Part shown: positions 19,606 to 28,653 of the stretch, piece after piece
Position numbering within the stretch: position 1 is the stretch's first letter
Layout of the letters: each line of letters begins with the position of its first letter
Assembly: GCA_035947855.1 (NCBI GenBank)
Contig: DASZJR010000039.1
Location: 1 to 50,485 of the forward strand
Length of the DNA: 50,485 nt
Direction: 5' to 3'
From: Candidatus Dormiibacterota bacterium
GTDB lineage: Bacteria > Chloroflexota > Dormibacteria > CF-121
Notes under the pieces: model-generated
The model's input: only the letters and a program-made list of their open reading frames with translations
The model's database searches: none
Told to the model about the DNA's origin: nothing
Program-made: the position numbers and the translations under genes

Positions 19606-21258
19606 ATGAATGACGAAGTCCTGACCCAAGAGCTGATGGCCACCTACCGAGCCGAGGCACGAGAGCGACTTGAGGCGATCACCCAGGTTCTGCTGGCCAT
19701 CGAACGGGACGCCTCGCGGTCGGGCCGTGCCCAGCAGGTGGAGCACATCTTTCGCGAGGTGCACAGCCTGAAAGGCGCCGCGCGCTCGGTTTCGGAGACG
19801 GCCGTGGAGCGGGTCGCCCATGCATTCGAGGAGACGATCGTGGCGGCGCGCAAGCGACCCACTGGCGAGGACCTGCCACTGCACGACTGGTACGCACACC
19901 TTGACCAATTGGGTGCCCTGATCGACCAACCCGTCGTTGCGGCCCTGCCTCTCGAGGAGAGCATCAGGGTGGCCACGCCGCGACTCGACCGGCTGATGGC
20001 CGACGTCGGCGCCCTTCTCGTGGGGGAGCAAGCACGGGCCCAACTGGTCCGAGACCTCACTGGTCTCGCCGAGAGCTTAACGTCGGCCGAACAGCGCTGG
20101 CATCGATCGCAGGTGGGGCGGCAGGTGGGCGCCTGGCCGGACGACCTTCGGATCGTCAATCAGCGGCTGAAGCTCAGCATCCAGTCGGCCCGCCAACAGC
20201 AAGCCGAGATGCGTCGGCAGCTCGACACGCTCGACAATGACATCCGCGAGCTACGCATGATGACCGTCGGAGGACTCTTCCGGTCGTTCGAACGCATGGT
20301 TTTAGACCTCACGCGGGAGACAGGCAAGCGCGTCGACCTGGAACTGTCAGGCGAGGCGACGAACGTCGATAAAGGCGTGCTCGACGCGCTGCGCGACCCC
20401 GTGCTCCATCTCATTCGAAACGCTATCGACCACGGCATCGAAGCCGCTGCCGACCGGGAGTCGGCTGGTAAGCCGGCGACCGCACACCTCGCGCTGCGAG
20501 CCGACCGAGGAGGCAACGTGGTCGTCATCACCGTATCGGACGACGGTCGGGGTATCGATCTCGCGGCAGTGCGCGGGCAGGCCGTTCGCCTCGGGCTGCT
20601 CAGCACCGCGCAGGCGGAGGGCCTCTCGGCGCCTGAGGTTTTCGAACTCCTCTTTCGCAGCGGCCTTTCCACCCGGACCGAGGCGAGCGAGGTCTCTGGT
20701 CGCGGGCTCGGCCTCGCCATCGTCAGACAATCGGTGGAGCGATTGCGTGGGCAGGTCGTCGTCGAGCGCTCCGGTCCGCAGGGAACCGTGTTTCGGCTGT
20801 CTGTGCCCCTCACGCTGTCCACCACCCGATGTCTTCTGGTGCGGGCTCTCGGCGGCACCCAGGCCATTCCGCTGGAATTAATCGAGCGAACCGCGCTCGT
20901 CCGGCCGGAGCAGATCCTGACCGTCCAGGGACAGCCCACGATCCGCCTGGACGGGCGGGCGGTAAGCCTCTTCTGGCGTGAGCGCGCGAGCCCGCGGGCA
21001 AAAGAGAAGACGCCGGTTGTGATCTTCCAGACCCGCGGTGGCCTGGTGGCTTTTCCAGTCGATGCGTTGCTGGGCGAGCAGGAACTGGTTGTGAAGCCGT
21101 TTCCCGCCCTGCTTCCGCCCGTGCCCACGATGAGCGGCGCGAGCACCCTACCGTCGGGAGAAGTTGTCCTGATCCTCAATCCGATCGATCTCATCGACCG
21201 CGCGCTCTCGCCAGCCGGCGTCGCCCAGGCGCTGGCGGTCATCGGTGAGGCGGCATGA
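19606..21258 (+). CDS. cheA: CheA-type histidine kinase (Hpt, dimerisation, HATPase and CheW-like domains)
   Basis: Hpt His in FREVHSLKGAARSV, HLIRNAIDHGIE (N-box), DDGRGID, GRGLGLAIV, and a C-terminal CheW-like domain. I could not find a recognisable P2 domain. Confidence 0.9.
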   Translation: MNDEVLTQELMATYRAEARERLEAITQVLLAIERDASRSGRAQQVEHIFREVHSLKGAARSVSETAVERVAHAFEETIVAARKRPTGEDLPLHDWYAHLDQLGALIDQPVVAALPLEESIRVATPRLDRLMADVGALLVGEQARAQLVRDLTGLAESLTSAEQRWHRSQVGRQVGAWPDDLRIVNQRLKLSIQSARQQQAEMRRQLDTLDNDIRELRMMTVGGLFRSFERMVLDLTRETGKRVDLELSGEATNVDKGVLDALRDPVLHLIRNAIDHGIEAAADRESAGKPATAHLALRADRGGNVVVITVSDDGRGIDLAAVRGQAVRLGLLSTAQAEGLSAPEVFELLFRSGLSTRTEASEVSGRGLGLAIVRQSVERLRGQVVVERSGPQGTVFRLSVPLTLSTTRCLLVRALGGTQAIPLELIERTALVRPEQILTVQGQPTIRLDGRAVSLFWRERASPRAKEKTPVVIFQTRGGLVAFPVDALLGEQELVVKPFPALLPPVPTMSGASTLPSGEVVLILNPIDLIDRALSPAGVAQALAVIGEAA

Positions 21259-21758
21259 CCGACACTCGGAAACCTTCGCGAATTCTGATCGCTGAGGACA
21301 GCCACACTCAAGCCAAGCGAGCCCAGTTGGTGCTCGAGGAGGCAGGCTTCCAGGTCACCATTGCCGTCGACGGCGAAGCTGCATGGGAGGTGCTCAAGCA
21401 GGACACGATCGACATGGTGGTGTCCGACATCGATATGCCACGCCTCGATGGGTTCGGGCTGTGCGTTCGGGTCAAAGCCGACGCACGGCTCGCGCAGATG
21501 CCATTCGTGCTCCTAACCGGCCGGATGGACCTCGAAGCCCTCGTCCGCGGACTCGAGGTAGGCGCTGATGACGTCATCAACAAAACCTGGGTTCCGAGCC
21601 TGCTCGTGGCCAGACTGACCGCCCTGTTGCGGGGTCGGAGGCCGGCGGCTGGTGGGACCGGATCACGCGAGCGGCTGCTCGAGCTCATCTTGAGCCGAAC
21701 CATCGAATTGGAGGACGCCTACCGAGCACTTGACGAGGAGCGGCGCCGCGCTTCGTGA
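21255..21758 (+). CDS. CheY-like single-domain response regulator with a C-terminal extension of about 45 aa
   Basis: REC domain (ILIAEDS, MVVSDIDMPRLDG, LLTG) followed by a helical-looking tail. ATGA overlap with cheA. Confidence 0.85.
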   Translation: MTDTRKPSRILIAEDSHTQAKRAQLVLEEAGFQVTIAVDGEAAWEVLKQDTIDMVVSDIDMPRLDGFGLCVRVKADARLAQMPFVLLTGRMDLEALVRGLEVGADDVINKTWVPSLLVARLTALLRGRRPAAGGTGSRERLLELILSRTIELEDAYRALDEERRRAS

Positions 21759-21763
21759 GAAGC

Positions 21764-22222
21764 CTACAGGCGAGTAAGGTCGGCGATGACGTCGAGCAGT
21801 TGAATCGGCTCGATGCGCTCGGAGGATAATCGGAGCTCCTCCGTGCTGAACCAGCGGTAGCCCAGCAAATTGTCGCGTTCGTCAGGCCGCAGCGAGGCGG
21901 GACGGACCTCTGTTTTCGGAATCCGCGCCAGGTAGTACCACTCCGTGTGCTCGTGGTCGCGTCCGTTCCAGCGAAAGGTGCGAGCAATTTCAACCGGCCG
22001 AGGCTCGATCAGATCGCCGGGCAGACCGGTTTCCTCGATGAGCTCGCGGCGCGCTGCCTGGAGTGGCGTCTCGCCTGCATCGATGCCCCCTCCCGGCGGC
22101 TCCCATTTGGTGGATCCATCGAAGGGGTCGCGCCAGTGAAGCAAGAGAATCCGACCCCTGTCATCTAGACAGATGGCTCGCGCGGAGGGACGGGAGACCT
22201 TGGGGAGCACCGCCACGATCAT
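21764..22222 (-). CDS. NUDIX hydrolase
   Basis: Nudix box GGGIDAGETPLQAARRELIEETG. Confidence 0.85.
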   Translation of the reverse strand: MIVAVLPKVSRPSARAICLDDRGRILLLHWRDPFDGSTKWEPPGGGIDAGETPLQAARRELIEETGLPGDLIEPRPVEIARTFRWNGRDHEHTEWYYLARIPKTEVRPASLRPDERDNLLGYRWFSTEELRLSSERIEPIQLLDVIADLTRL

Positions 22223-22283
22223 CTATCAAACGTGCCGTCAGGTTGCAAAGCTTCCGAGCATATGTAATGCTGGCGTTACATGT

Positions 22284-23147
22284 ATGCGAGCGCCATCATC
22301 CGCCAGTGGCACCACGGAGGCGCAAACGGCGCCGCTGTGGCGGGCCTTGGCGGATCCGACACGGCGGCGGATCCTGGACCTGCTGCTCGAACGGCCGCGG
22401 ATCACCGGCGAGGTCGCCGGACACTTCCACATCTCGCGAATCGCCGTGATGCGGCACCTCACGGTCCTTTCAGACGCCGGTCTGATCGCCAGCCGGAAGC
22501 GGGGTCGCGTGCGACGGTACTACCTGAACGCGATCACGTTGCAACAGATCTATCGACGGTGGTTCGATCCGCTGGCGGCGGGCTGGGTATCCGGAATCCT
22601 CCGCCTTCGCGCCGGCGTCGAGGCTAGCGGGACGGACGTGGAATCGGCGAGGCCGTCGGTCGATATTGCCTTCGACGCCGTCATCCAGGGATCCAATCGC
22701 GCCGTCTTTGACGCGCTGACCAAGGACCCGGGGGCCTGGTGGGGTCATCCGATGATTCGTCCGGAGGCGACCGGGCTAACGCTCGAGCCCCGCCTCGGCG
22801 GCCTCTTCGTGGAGAAGTGGCGCCAGGGCGGCGCCGTCCTGGCCGCGGTGACCCAGTGGTCGACCGATCGGCACCTCGAGCTCACGGGCCCGTTCCACCT
22901 GGGGCTGGGCGTCGGGGTCGCGAGCTTTGGGCTGGCGACCGAGGGCGAAGCAACGCGTCTCCAGTTTTCTTTTCGCGCCTTCGGTCCGATCGACCCGGAT
23001 CGCGCGCGGATATTTTCGGATGGATGGCGTGAGTTGGTTACGGGTCGGCTCAAGGCGCTCGTCGAGCAGGGAACCCGTCTGGGCGTGTCTCCCGGAGCCC
23101 GGGCGGTCGCCAAGCAACCGGGAACAAGGAGGAGAAGCGATGGCTGA
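22284..23147 (+). CDS. ArsR/SmtB-family transcriptional regulator fused to an SRPBCC/AHSA1-like domain
   Basis: LWRALADPTRRRILDLLLERPRITGEVAGHFHISRIAVMRHLTVLSDAGLI (ArsR wHTH), plus a C-terminal domain of about 170 aa. I chose ATG 22284 rather than ORF start 22173, which overlaps the NUDIX gene. Confidence 0.8.
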   Translation: MRAPSSASGTTEAQTAPLWRALADPTRRRILDLLLERPRITGEVAGHFHISRIAVMRHLTVLSDAGLIASRKRGRVRRYYLNAITLQQIYRRWFDPLAAGWVSGILRLRAGVEASGTDVESARPSVDIAFDAVIQGSNRAVFDALTKDPGAWWGHPMIRPEATGLTLEPRLGGLFVEKWRQGGAVLAAVTQWSTDRHLELTGPFHLGLGVGVASFGLATEGEATRLQFSFRAFGPIDPDRARIFSDGWRELVTGRLKALVEQGTRLGVSPGARAVAKQPGTRRRSDG

Positions 23148-23544
23148 CGCGAAGTCCGTGTACGAGGACGACTGGGGTGAAATCATCGACCGCCCATCGA
23201 ACGACGTGATCGAGTTGCGCTGGTTCGACAGCACCGCGTCGATGTCAAAAGAACAATTCCAGCAATGGCTGACCACGTTTGCCGACCAGGTCGGGCGATT
23301 GCATAGGTCACGCGTCCTGATCGATGGCACCAATTTCAAGATGAATCCGGCGTTCATGGATGCCGGATGGAGGGACGCCAACATCATTCCCCGCTACAAC
23401 GCCGCCGGGGTGGCGAGCTTCGCCTTCCACATGCCGACGGAGATGACGGGGGTCGGCAAGCCGCCCGCGCGCGAAGACCCCGGTCTATTCCCGACGGGAT
23501 ACTTCGGCAGCCGCAAAGAGGCGGTTGGATGGTTAAAGCGCTAG
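23140..23544 (+). CDS. Hypothetical protein
   Basis: ATG 23140 has AAGGAGGAG upstream and overlaps the ArsR-fusion stop by 8 nt. 134 aa (MADAKSVYEDDWGEIIDRPSNDVIELRWFD...). Confidence 0.6.
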   Translation: MADAKSVYEDDWGEIIDRPSNDVIELRWFDSTASMSKEQFQQWLTTFADQVGRLHRSRVLIDGTNFKMNPAFMDAGWRDANIIPRYNAAGVASFAFHMPTEMTGVGKPPAREDPGLFPTGYFGSRKEAVGWLKR

Positions 23545-23593
23545 CCGTCTTTCGAGGCTCGGCAGGCGCCACATATAGATATAGGTATCGCGC

Positions 23594-24265
23594 CTAGCCA
23601 GTCTTTGCCCGTCGACTCGTGCTTTTAGGGGTTACCGAGGCATCAAGCAACGCGGCGGCCGCTGCATGGAGCGCGGTCGCCGCGCCACGGCGATCCTGGT
23701 CCATTCTCGCGGCGACGGCGGCGCCGTCATACAGCAGCGCCAGCTGCCTGCCAACCGCCCTGGCATCCTGTGCGCCGGCAGCCTCGGCGAGTTCGCTAAA
23801 GAGGGATCTGAGCCAGGCCCGATACTCGTCGGCAACGACTTCGCTTGCATCGCCGGGTCTCGCCTCCGCACCCGCACTGATGAACCGGCATCCTCGAAAT
23901 TCCGATCCTTCCAAGGCGGCCTCGAGCTCGGCAAAAATGCCAAGAAGGCGCTCCCGCGGCGTGTCGTGCGCGGCGAGGATGTGACCGATGCCTCGCTTCC
24001 GTTGACGGAGGTGGTTCTCGAGGTAAGCGCGCACGAGCTCGTCCTTGCTGCCAAAGATGTTGTAGAGCGAGGCCTTGGCGACGCCGGCCCGTTCGACAAT
24101 GCGGTCAATGCCCACGACATGCACCCCTTCCGCGTAGAAGAGCTCATCGGCCGCGACAAGCAGGCGATCTCGCGCCGATAAGAGGCTCGCGGCGGTCCGG
24201 TCGACGCCGGCGGGCTTCCTGGCGGTCTTCGCCGCCCTGGCCCCCGTTTGTCCACGCGTCAGCAT
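23594..24265 (-). CDS. TetR/AcrR-family transcriptional regulator
   Basis: HTH region FYAEGVHVVGIDRIVERAGVAKASLYNIFGSKDELV. Confidence 0.85.
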   Translation of the reverse strand: MLTRGQTGARAAKTARKPAGVDRTAASLLSARDRLLVAADELFYAEGVHVVGIDRIVERAGVAKASLYNIFGSKDELVRAYLENHLRQRKRGIGHILAAHDTPRERLLGIFAELEAALEGSEFRGCRFISAGAEARPGDASEVVADEYRAWLRSLFSELAEAAGAQDARAVGRQLALLYDGAAVAARMDQDRRGAATALHAAAAALLDASVTPKSTSRRAKTG

Positions 24266-24276
24266 TCTGCTATCAT

Positions 24277-24290
24277 ACAGAACGTTCTGT
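24277..24290. promoter_or_regulatory. Perfect 14-bp palindrome ACAGAACGTTCTGT, candidate TetR operator
   Basis: It lies in the 57-nt divergent region, 11 nt from the TetR ATG and 32 nt before the tautomerase ATG. TATCAT lies immediately upstream of it (24271-24276). Confidence 0.5.
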
Positions 24291-24322
24291 CTACCGACGA
24301 CGAAACATGAAGGAGCCTACCC

Positions 24323-24745
24323 ATGCCAATGATCGACGTATACGCCGCCGAGGGAACGTTCAAGAACAAGCACGCATTGGCCACTGACCTTGCCGCTGCG
24401 GTGATGCGGTGGGAGAAGGTGCCCAACATCTCGCTGTTCCGCAACAATACCGCCGCGTTCATCCACGAGCTGCCGGCCGATTCGTTGTCGAACGTTGCCG
24501 GTGATAGCAACTACGTCCGCGTGCAGGTCCTCACACCGGTCGGCGTCCTCGATCGCGAAAAGCAACTCGGGGTGGTCAGGGAACTGACTGACATCGTCGC
24601 GGCCGCCGCCGGGGATCCGAAACTGACCGAGCGGACGTGGGTTCTCATCACCGAGTCGCCCGAGGGTGGCTGGGGACTTCAGGGCCACGCCAACACCAGT
24701 GCCGACATCGTCGCGGCGGCCCGCCGCGAGCTCGCCGCAAAGTAG
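24323..24745 (+). CDS. Tautomerase-superfamily protein (4-OT-like, long form)
   Basis: Starts MPMIDVY (Pro-1 after Met removal). 140 aa. RBS GAAGGAG upstream. Confidence 0.75.
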   Translation: MPMIDVYAAEGTFKNKHALATDLAAAVMRWEKVPNISLFRNNTAAFIHELPADSLSNVAGDSNYVRVQVLTPVGVLDREKQLGVVRELTDIVAAAAGDPKLTERTWVLITESPEGGWGLQGHANTSADIVAAARRELAAK

Positions 24746-24769
24746 CTCCGTACCTGGGTACGGTCGAAC

Positions 24770-26008
24770 TTGCAAGCGTTTAGGCGGGCGGTCACCGAGG
24801 ACTCGTGGAGCACGCCGCCCGGCCGCGCCGGGCGCCTCTCCCGTCCGACCGCCTTCGCCGCGACCACGGCTGTCTTTGTGCTCTTCGCCGCAGCGGCGAG
24901 TGCCCCGACGCCGCTATACGTCGTCTACCAGAAGGCGTGGGGTTTCTCTACCTCGACGCTGACGGTGATCTTCGCCGTCTACGTGTTTGGCCTGATCGGC
25001 TCCTTGCTCGTTCTCGGTGGCCTTTCTGACCACATCGGTCGTCGTCCGATCCTCGGCGCAGCGATCGCGCTCGAAGCGGTGGCGTTTGTCCTGTTCTTCA
25101 TCGCGGGGGATGTGATGGTCCTGCTCGCCGCTCGCGTCGCCCAGGGGATCGCCACCGGCGCGGCCTTCTCGACGCTCAGCGCGACGCTCGTCGACCTGAA
25201 CCCGCCCCACTCGCCCGGGCGGGCCGGCCTCGTCAATGGCGTCGCACCAATCAGCGGCCTGGCTTTGGGAGCCATTGGCTGCGGCGCGCTCGTCCAACTC
25301 GCCCCAGCCCCGACACACCTCGTCTTCGCCCTGCTTTTTGCGGGAGCAGTTCTCGCGGGCGTTGCCGTCGCCCGTATGGCCGAGACGTCCCCCCGACGTC
25401 CAGGTGCCCTCGGCTCGCTGATTCCCATCGTTGGTGTACCTCCCCGCCTTCGCGCCGACGTCTATTCCATCGTCCCCATCATCGTGGCCAGCTGGGCGCT
25501 CGGCGGCCTCTACCTCTCGCTCGGTCCTTCCGTTGCAGCCAGCCTTTTCGGCCTAAAGAATCACCTGATCGGCGGCCTCGTCGTGACGTTGCTGTGTGGC
25601 GCCGGCGCCTTGACCGCCGTTGCGCTGCGGACCTGGCCGACGACCAGGCTGTTACGGATCAGCGCCGGGTTGCTGTCTGCCGGGACGTTGTTGACGCTCG
25701 CTGGCGTGGAAGCCCAGGCCGTGGCATTGGCTGGCGCCGGCACGGTCGTCGCCGGGGTCGGTTTCGGCGCATCCGCCCTCGCCTCGTTCGGAACGCTGTC
25801 GCGCCTCGCCGCCCCCGGCGAACGCAGCGAGCTTTTCGCCGTCGCCCTCGTCATCGCCTACCTGGCTTTTAGCCTCCCGGCCCTGGCCGCCGGCTTTGCC
25901 AGCACCCGATTTGGTCTCCACACCACGACAGTCGCCTATGGCCTGGGTGTCGCCGCCCTCGGGATCATGGCGCTCACCATCCAATGGTTACGAACTGCTC
26001 GTCGATGA
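24770..26008 (+). CDS. MFS transporter
   Basis: 412 aa and multi-TM, with the GGLSDHIGRRP loop motif between TM2 and TM3. TTG start is uncertain. Confidence 0.85.
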   Translation: MQAFRRAVTEDSWSTPPGRAGRLSRPTAFAATTAVFVLFAAAASAPTPLYVVYQKAWGFSTSTLTVIFAVYVFGLIGSLLVLGGLSDHIGRRPILGAAIALEAVAFVLFFIAGDVMVLLAARVAQGIATGAAFSTLSATLVDLNPPHSPGRAGLVNGVAPISGLALGAIGCGALVQLAPAPTHLVFALLFAGAVLAGVAVARMAETSPRRPGALGSLIPIVGVPPRLRADVYSIVPIIVASWALGGLYLSLGPSVAASLFGLKNHLIGGLVVTLLCGAGALTAVALRTWPTTRLLRISAGLLSAGTLLTLAGVEAQAVALAGAGTVVAGVGFGASALASFGTLSRLAAPGERSELFAVALVIAYLAFSLPALAAGFASTRFGLHTTTVAYGLGVAALGIMALTIQWLRTARR

Positions 26009-27334
26009 GGGAGGGATGTTGTGGTTGAGATGGAAAATGTTCTGCGGGTCATATTTGTCTTTGAGCGCGGTAAGCCGCGCCAGCTTATCCGGCGGATAGG
26101 CGCGACGCACCCCTTCGGCACCTTCGTCGCTGAGCGTATTGACGTACTGACCGCGAGCGAACGGATCCAGAGCCGCGGCGGTGCGCCGCGCCGTGCCGAT
26201 TCGCGCGTCGTCTTCGGCCGGGTTGGTCCACTTACTGGCGGCGACGTATTCGAAGGAGGTGTCGCGGAAGGCGAAGGCGGTGTCCTCATCGGGCACCTCG
26301 GCGATGGCGCCGCCATAGGCCTGCAGGCCGATGCTTGGGAGACCTCCGGTCGATGGGTCTGTTCGGCTCTTTAGCAGGGCATCAATGGCATCGTCGGACA
26401 GCTCGCGAAGGTAGTGGCCCTTCCAATAGCGACGGAGTGCGTGTCCCTGTGGGGTGTCATCGATCCGTTGGAGATCGACGTATGACAGCTGGGAAACCTG
26501 CTCTGTCAGCGGCCTGCCCAGCGGCGTCATGCTTGGGAGTCGATGGCCGGCCAGTGGCTGGCCCACCCAAACGAACCCGACCGTGACGACGTTCTGGTCG
26601 CCCGCCAGGCCGGCCGTGAAGGTCGCTTGCCGGGGCGCCTCCGCGCTCAGGTCCCGCCAAGTGCGAAGCACGGAGTCAGCAGCCTCGATTGGAAATGAAA
26701 GAGCAGTCACGAGCGCGGCGTGTCCGACTTCGTGGAGCCGGAATTCGAATTCGGTGACGACGCCGAAGTTGCCGCCACCACCGCGCAGTCCCCAATAGAG
26801 ATCGGTGTTCTCCGTTGGACTTGCATGGACGACCTCGCCGTCGGCCGTGACCATCTCGAACCCCGCGACGTTGTCGCACGAAAGTCCATACTGCCGCGCT
26901 AGCCAGCCCATGCCGCCGCCGAGGGTAAGGCCGCCGACCCCTGTGTGCGAAACGTTTCCCGCCGTCGTCGCTAGACCATGCTGTTGGGTCGCTCGGTCGA
27001 GCGCACCGAGCAGTGCGCCGCCCTGCACCCAGGCACGCTTCTGGGTCGGATCGACACGAACCGCACCCATGGGGGTTAGATCGATCATCAGCCCGTCATC
27101 CGGGACTGGGTGGCCGACCACGCTGTGCCCGCCGCAACGCACACCGATCTCGAGGTTGCGATCGCGGGCAGCCCGCACCGCGGCTCGTACGTCCGCGACG
27201 GTGCGGCAGCGAACGATCAGACGGGGCCGGCGGTCGACCATCGCGTTCCACACCACCCGCGCTGCGTCATAGCCAGGATCGCCAGGCACGAGGACGTCGC
27301 CATCGAGAGACTGCGCCAAGCGTTGTTGGATCAT
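25988..27334 (-). CDS. FAD-binding (PCMH/BBE-type) oxidoreductase
   Basis: FAD_binding_4 pattern (RCGGHSVVG, VGVGGLTLGGGMGWLARQYG) and a C-terminal BBE-like YVN...NIFHLNHNI. Confidence 0.85.
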   Translation of the reverse strand: MIQQRLAQSLDGDVLVPGDPGYDAARVVWNAMVDRRPRLIVRCRTVADVRAAVRAARDRNLEIGVRCGGHSVVGHPVPDDGLMIDLTPMGAVRVDPTQKRAWVQGGALLGALDRATQQHGLATTAGNVSHTGVGGLTLGGGMGWLARQYGLSCDNVAGFEMVTADGEVVHASPTENTDLYWGLRGGGGNFGVVTEFEFRLHEVGHAALVTALSFPIEAADSVLRTWRDLSAEAPRQATFTAGLAGDQNVVTVGFVWVGQPLAGHRLPSMTPLGRPLTEQVSQLSYVDLQRIDDTPQGHALRRYWKGHYLRELSDDAIDALLKSRTDPSTGGLPSIGLQAYGGAIAEVPDEDTAFAFRDTSFEYVAASKWTNPAEDDARIGTARRTAAALDPFARGQYVNTLSDEGAEGVRRAYPPDKLARLTALKDKYDPQNIFHLNHNIPPSSTSSS

Positions 27335-27412
27335 GCTCGCTATGACCGCCTTAAGCGACGAAAGTCATCGCGCGGATGGCATGAGCGTTCGACCGTTCGG
27401 CAGTCTGGTGGG

Positions 27413-28102
27413 CTAACCGAACTCGACGGCCAGATAGCCGGTACCATTGGGCGCGATCACCCAGGCCACGCCGACGTAGTGATACGGCCCCATGATGTTG
27501 GCCCGGTGGATCGGATCGCCCATGAACCAGGCGTTCATCGCCGCATCGTTGATGCCGCCGCCCTGGAACCCGATGCTCTCACTGGCCCGCGAGCCCAGGT
27601 GACAGGCGAGGTCGAGGATACGGCCGTTGGCATGCGAGATGTAACCCTGTGCCGCCATGCGCGCTGCCTGCCCGCTCGCGACGTTAGCCAGGCAAGGGTT
27701 CCACTGCAGCGGCGCGAGGCCGGCGGCCTGGCGGTCCTGATTGATCAAGCCCCACTGGCCGCTGCCAAGGGTGACCTGGGGCGGCGCCGCCGGGGCGGGG
27801 ACCGGCTTCGGTCTCGCTGGCCGTTGCGGCACCCGCACGGCGACAACTCGAGGCTGCGTCGATGGCGTGGGCCTCGGGCGGGCCACCTCCCGTGGGAGCA
27901 GTTCGGACGCAGGGTCGACGATTTGCGTGATCGTGGTCGATGCCGCCGATTGCGCTAGCAACCCACGCTGCGGTGGAGCGGAATGCGGCCGTGGAGTGGC
28001 GTACACGATCGCAAGCACAGCCAGCAGGATCACCCCAAGGAGAGCGCCCCGCGATAGAAGCGACCTCATCAGTATTGATACCGGAGTGATCCCCAAATTC
28101 AT
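27413..28102 (-). CDS. Secreted or anchored CAP/SCP/PR-1 (YkwD-like) domain protein
   Basis: N-terminal TM or signal segment, a Pro-rich linker, then INQDRQAAGLAPLQWN...GYISHANG...HRANIM. ATG 28069 is an alternative start. Confidence 0.78.
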   Translation of the reverse strand: MNLGITPVSILMRSLLSRGALLGVILLAVLAIVYATPRPHSAPPQRGLLAQSAASTTITQIVDPASELLPREVARPRPTPSTQPRVVAVRVPQRPARPKPVPAPAAPPQVTLGSGQWGLINQDRQAAGLAPLQWNPCLANVASGQAARMAAQGYISHANGRILDLACHLGSRASESIGFQGGGINDAAMNAWFMGDPIHRANIMGPYHYVGVAWVIAPNGTGYLAVEFG

Positions 28103-28243
28103 GCACCGGGAGAGGCGTTTCCCCGGGTGGAGACTATAACATCGGTGCCCTCAACCCGAGCAGCATCCAGAAGCCGCGGAAGCGATACAGCAGCAGGCTC
28201 ACATCTGGCGCCGCTGGGCCCCGACCGCAGGGTTTGCGTTAGG

Positions 28244-28627
28244 TTGTGGGGTATCCCTACCGACCCGGTTGCCCGTGGGCCAGCACCTCGCGACATCTTC
28301 CACATCACGACGGAGGCCGACTGGGCGCAGGCGCAGGCGGAGGGCGCCTACGCCTTATCGACGAGGGGGCTGACGCTGGCCCAGGTGGGCTTCGTGCATT
28401 GCGCCTTCGAAGGGCAGGTCTCTTTTGTGGCCAACGCGTTCTTTCGCGGCGTGGGGAACCTGGTCGTCCTCCGCATTGCGATCGACAGGCTCAAGGTCGA
28501 GGTGCGCTACGAGGATCTTCAGGGCGGCCACGAGCTCTTCCCTCATGTCTACGGTCCGCTCAACCTCGATGCGGTCCTCGCCACCATGCCCCTGGCCGGC
28601 GGCACGGATGGGACCTTTAGGTTCTGA
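28244..28627 (+). CDS. DUF952-family protein
   Basis: IFHITTEADWAQAQAEGAY...GFVHCAF...LFPHVYGPLNLDAV. TTG 28244 is the closest start to the conserved block; the ORF opens at GTG 28127. Confidence 0.68.
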   Translation: MWGIPTDPVARGPAPRDIFHITTEADWAQAQAEGAYALSTRGLTLAQVGFVHCAFEGQVSFVANAFFRGVGNLVVLRIAIDRLKVEVRYEDLQGGHELFPHVYGPLNLDAVLATMPLAGGTDGTFRF

Positions 28628-28653
28628 GTCCTCTCCGCCAACCGTGACACCGC

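Noticed and set aside
23560-23593. An AT-rich element, GGCGC-CACATATAGATATAGGTATC-GCGCC, with a tandem ATATAG-ATATAG, between convergent genes.
   Set aside because: Only a 5-bp stem. It is most simply a weak bidirectional terminator or spacer, and nothing further can be supported.
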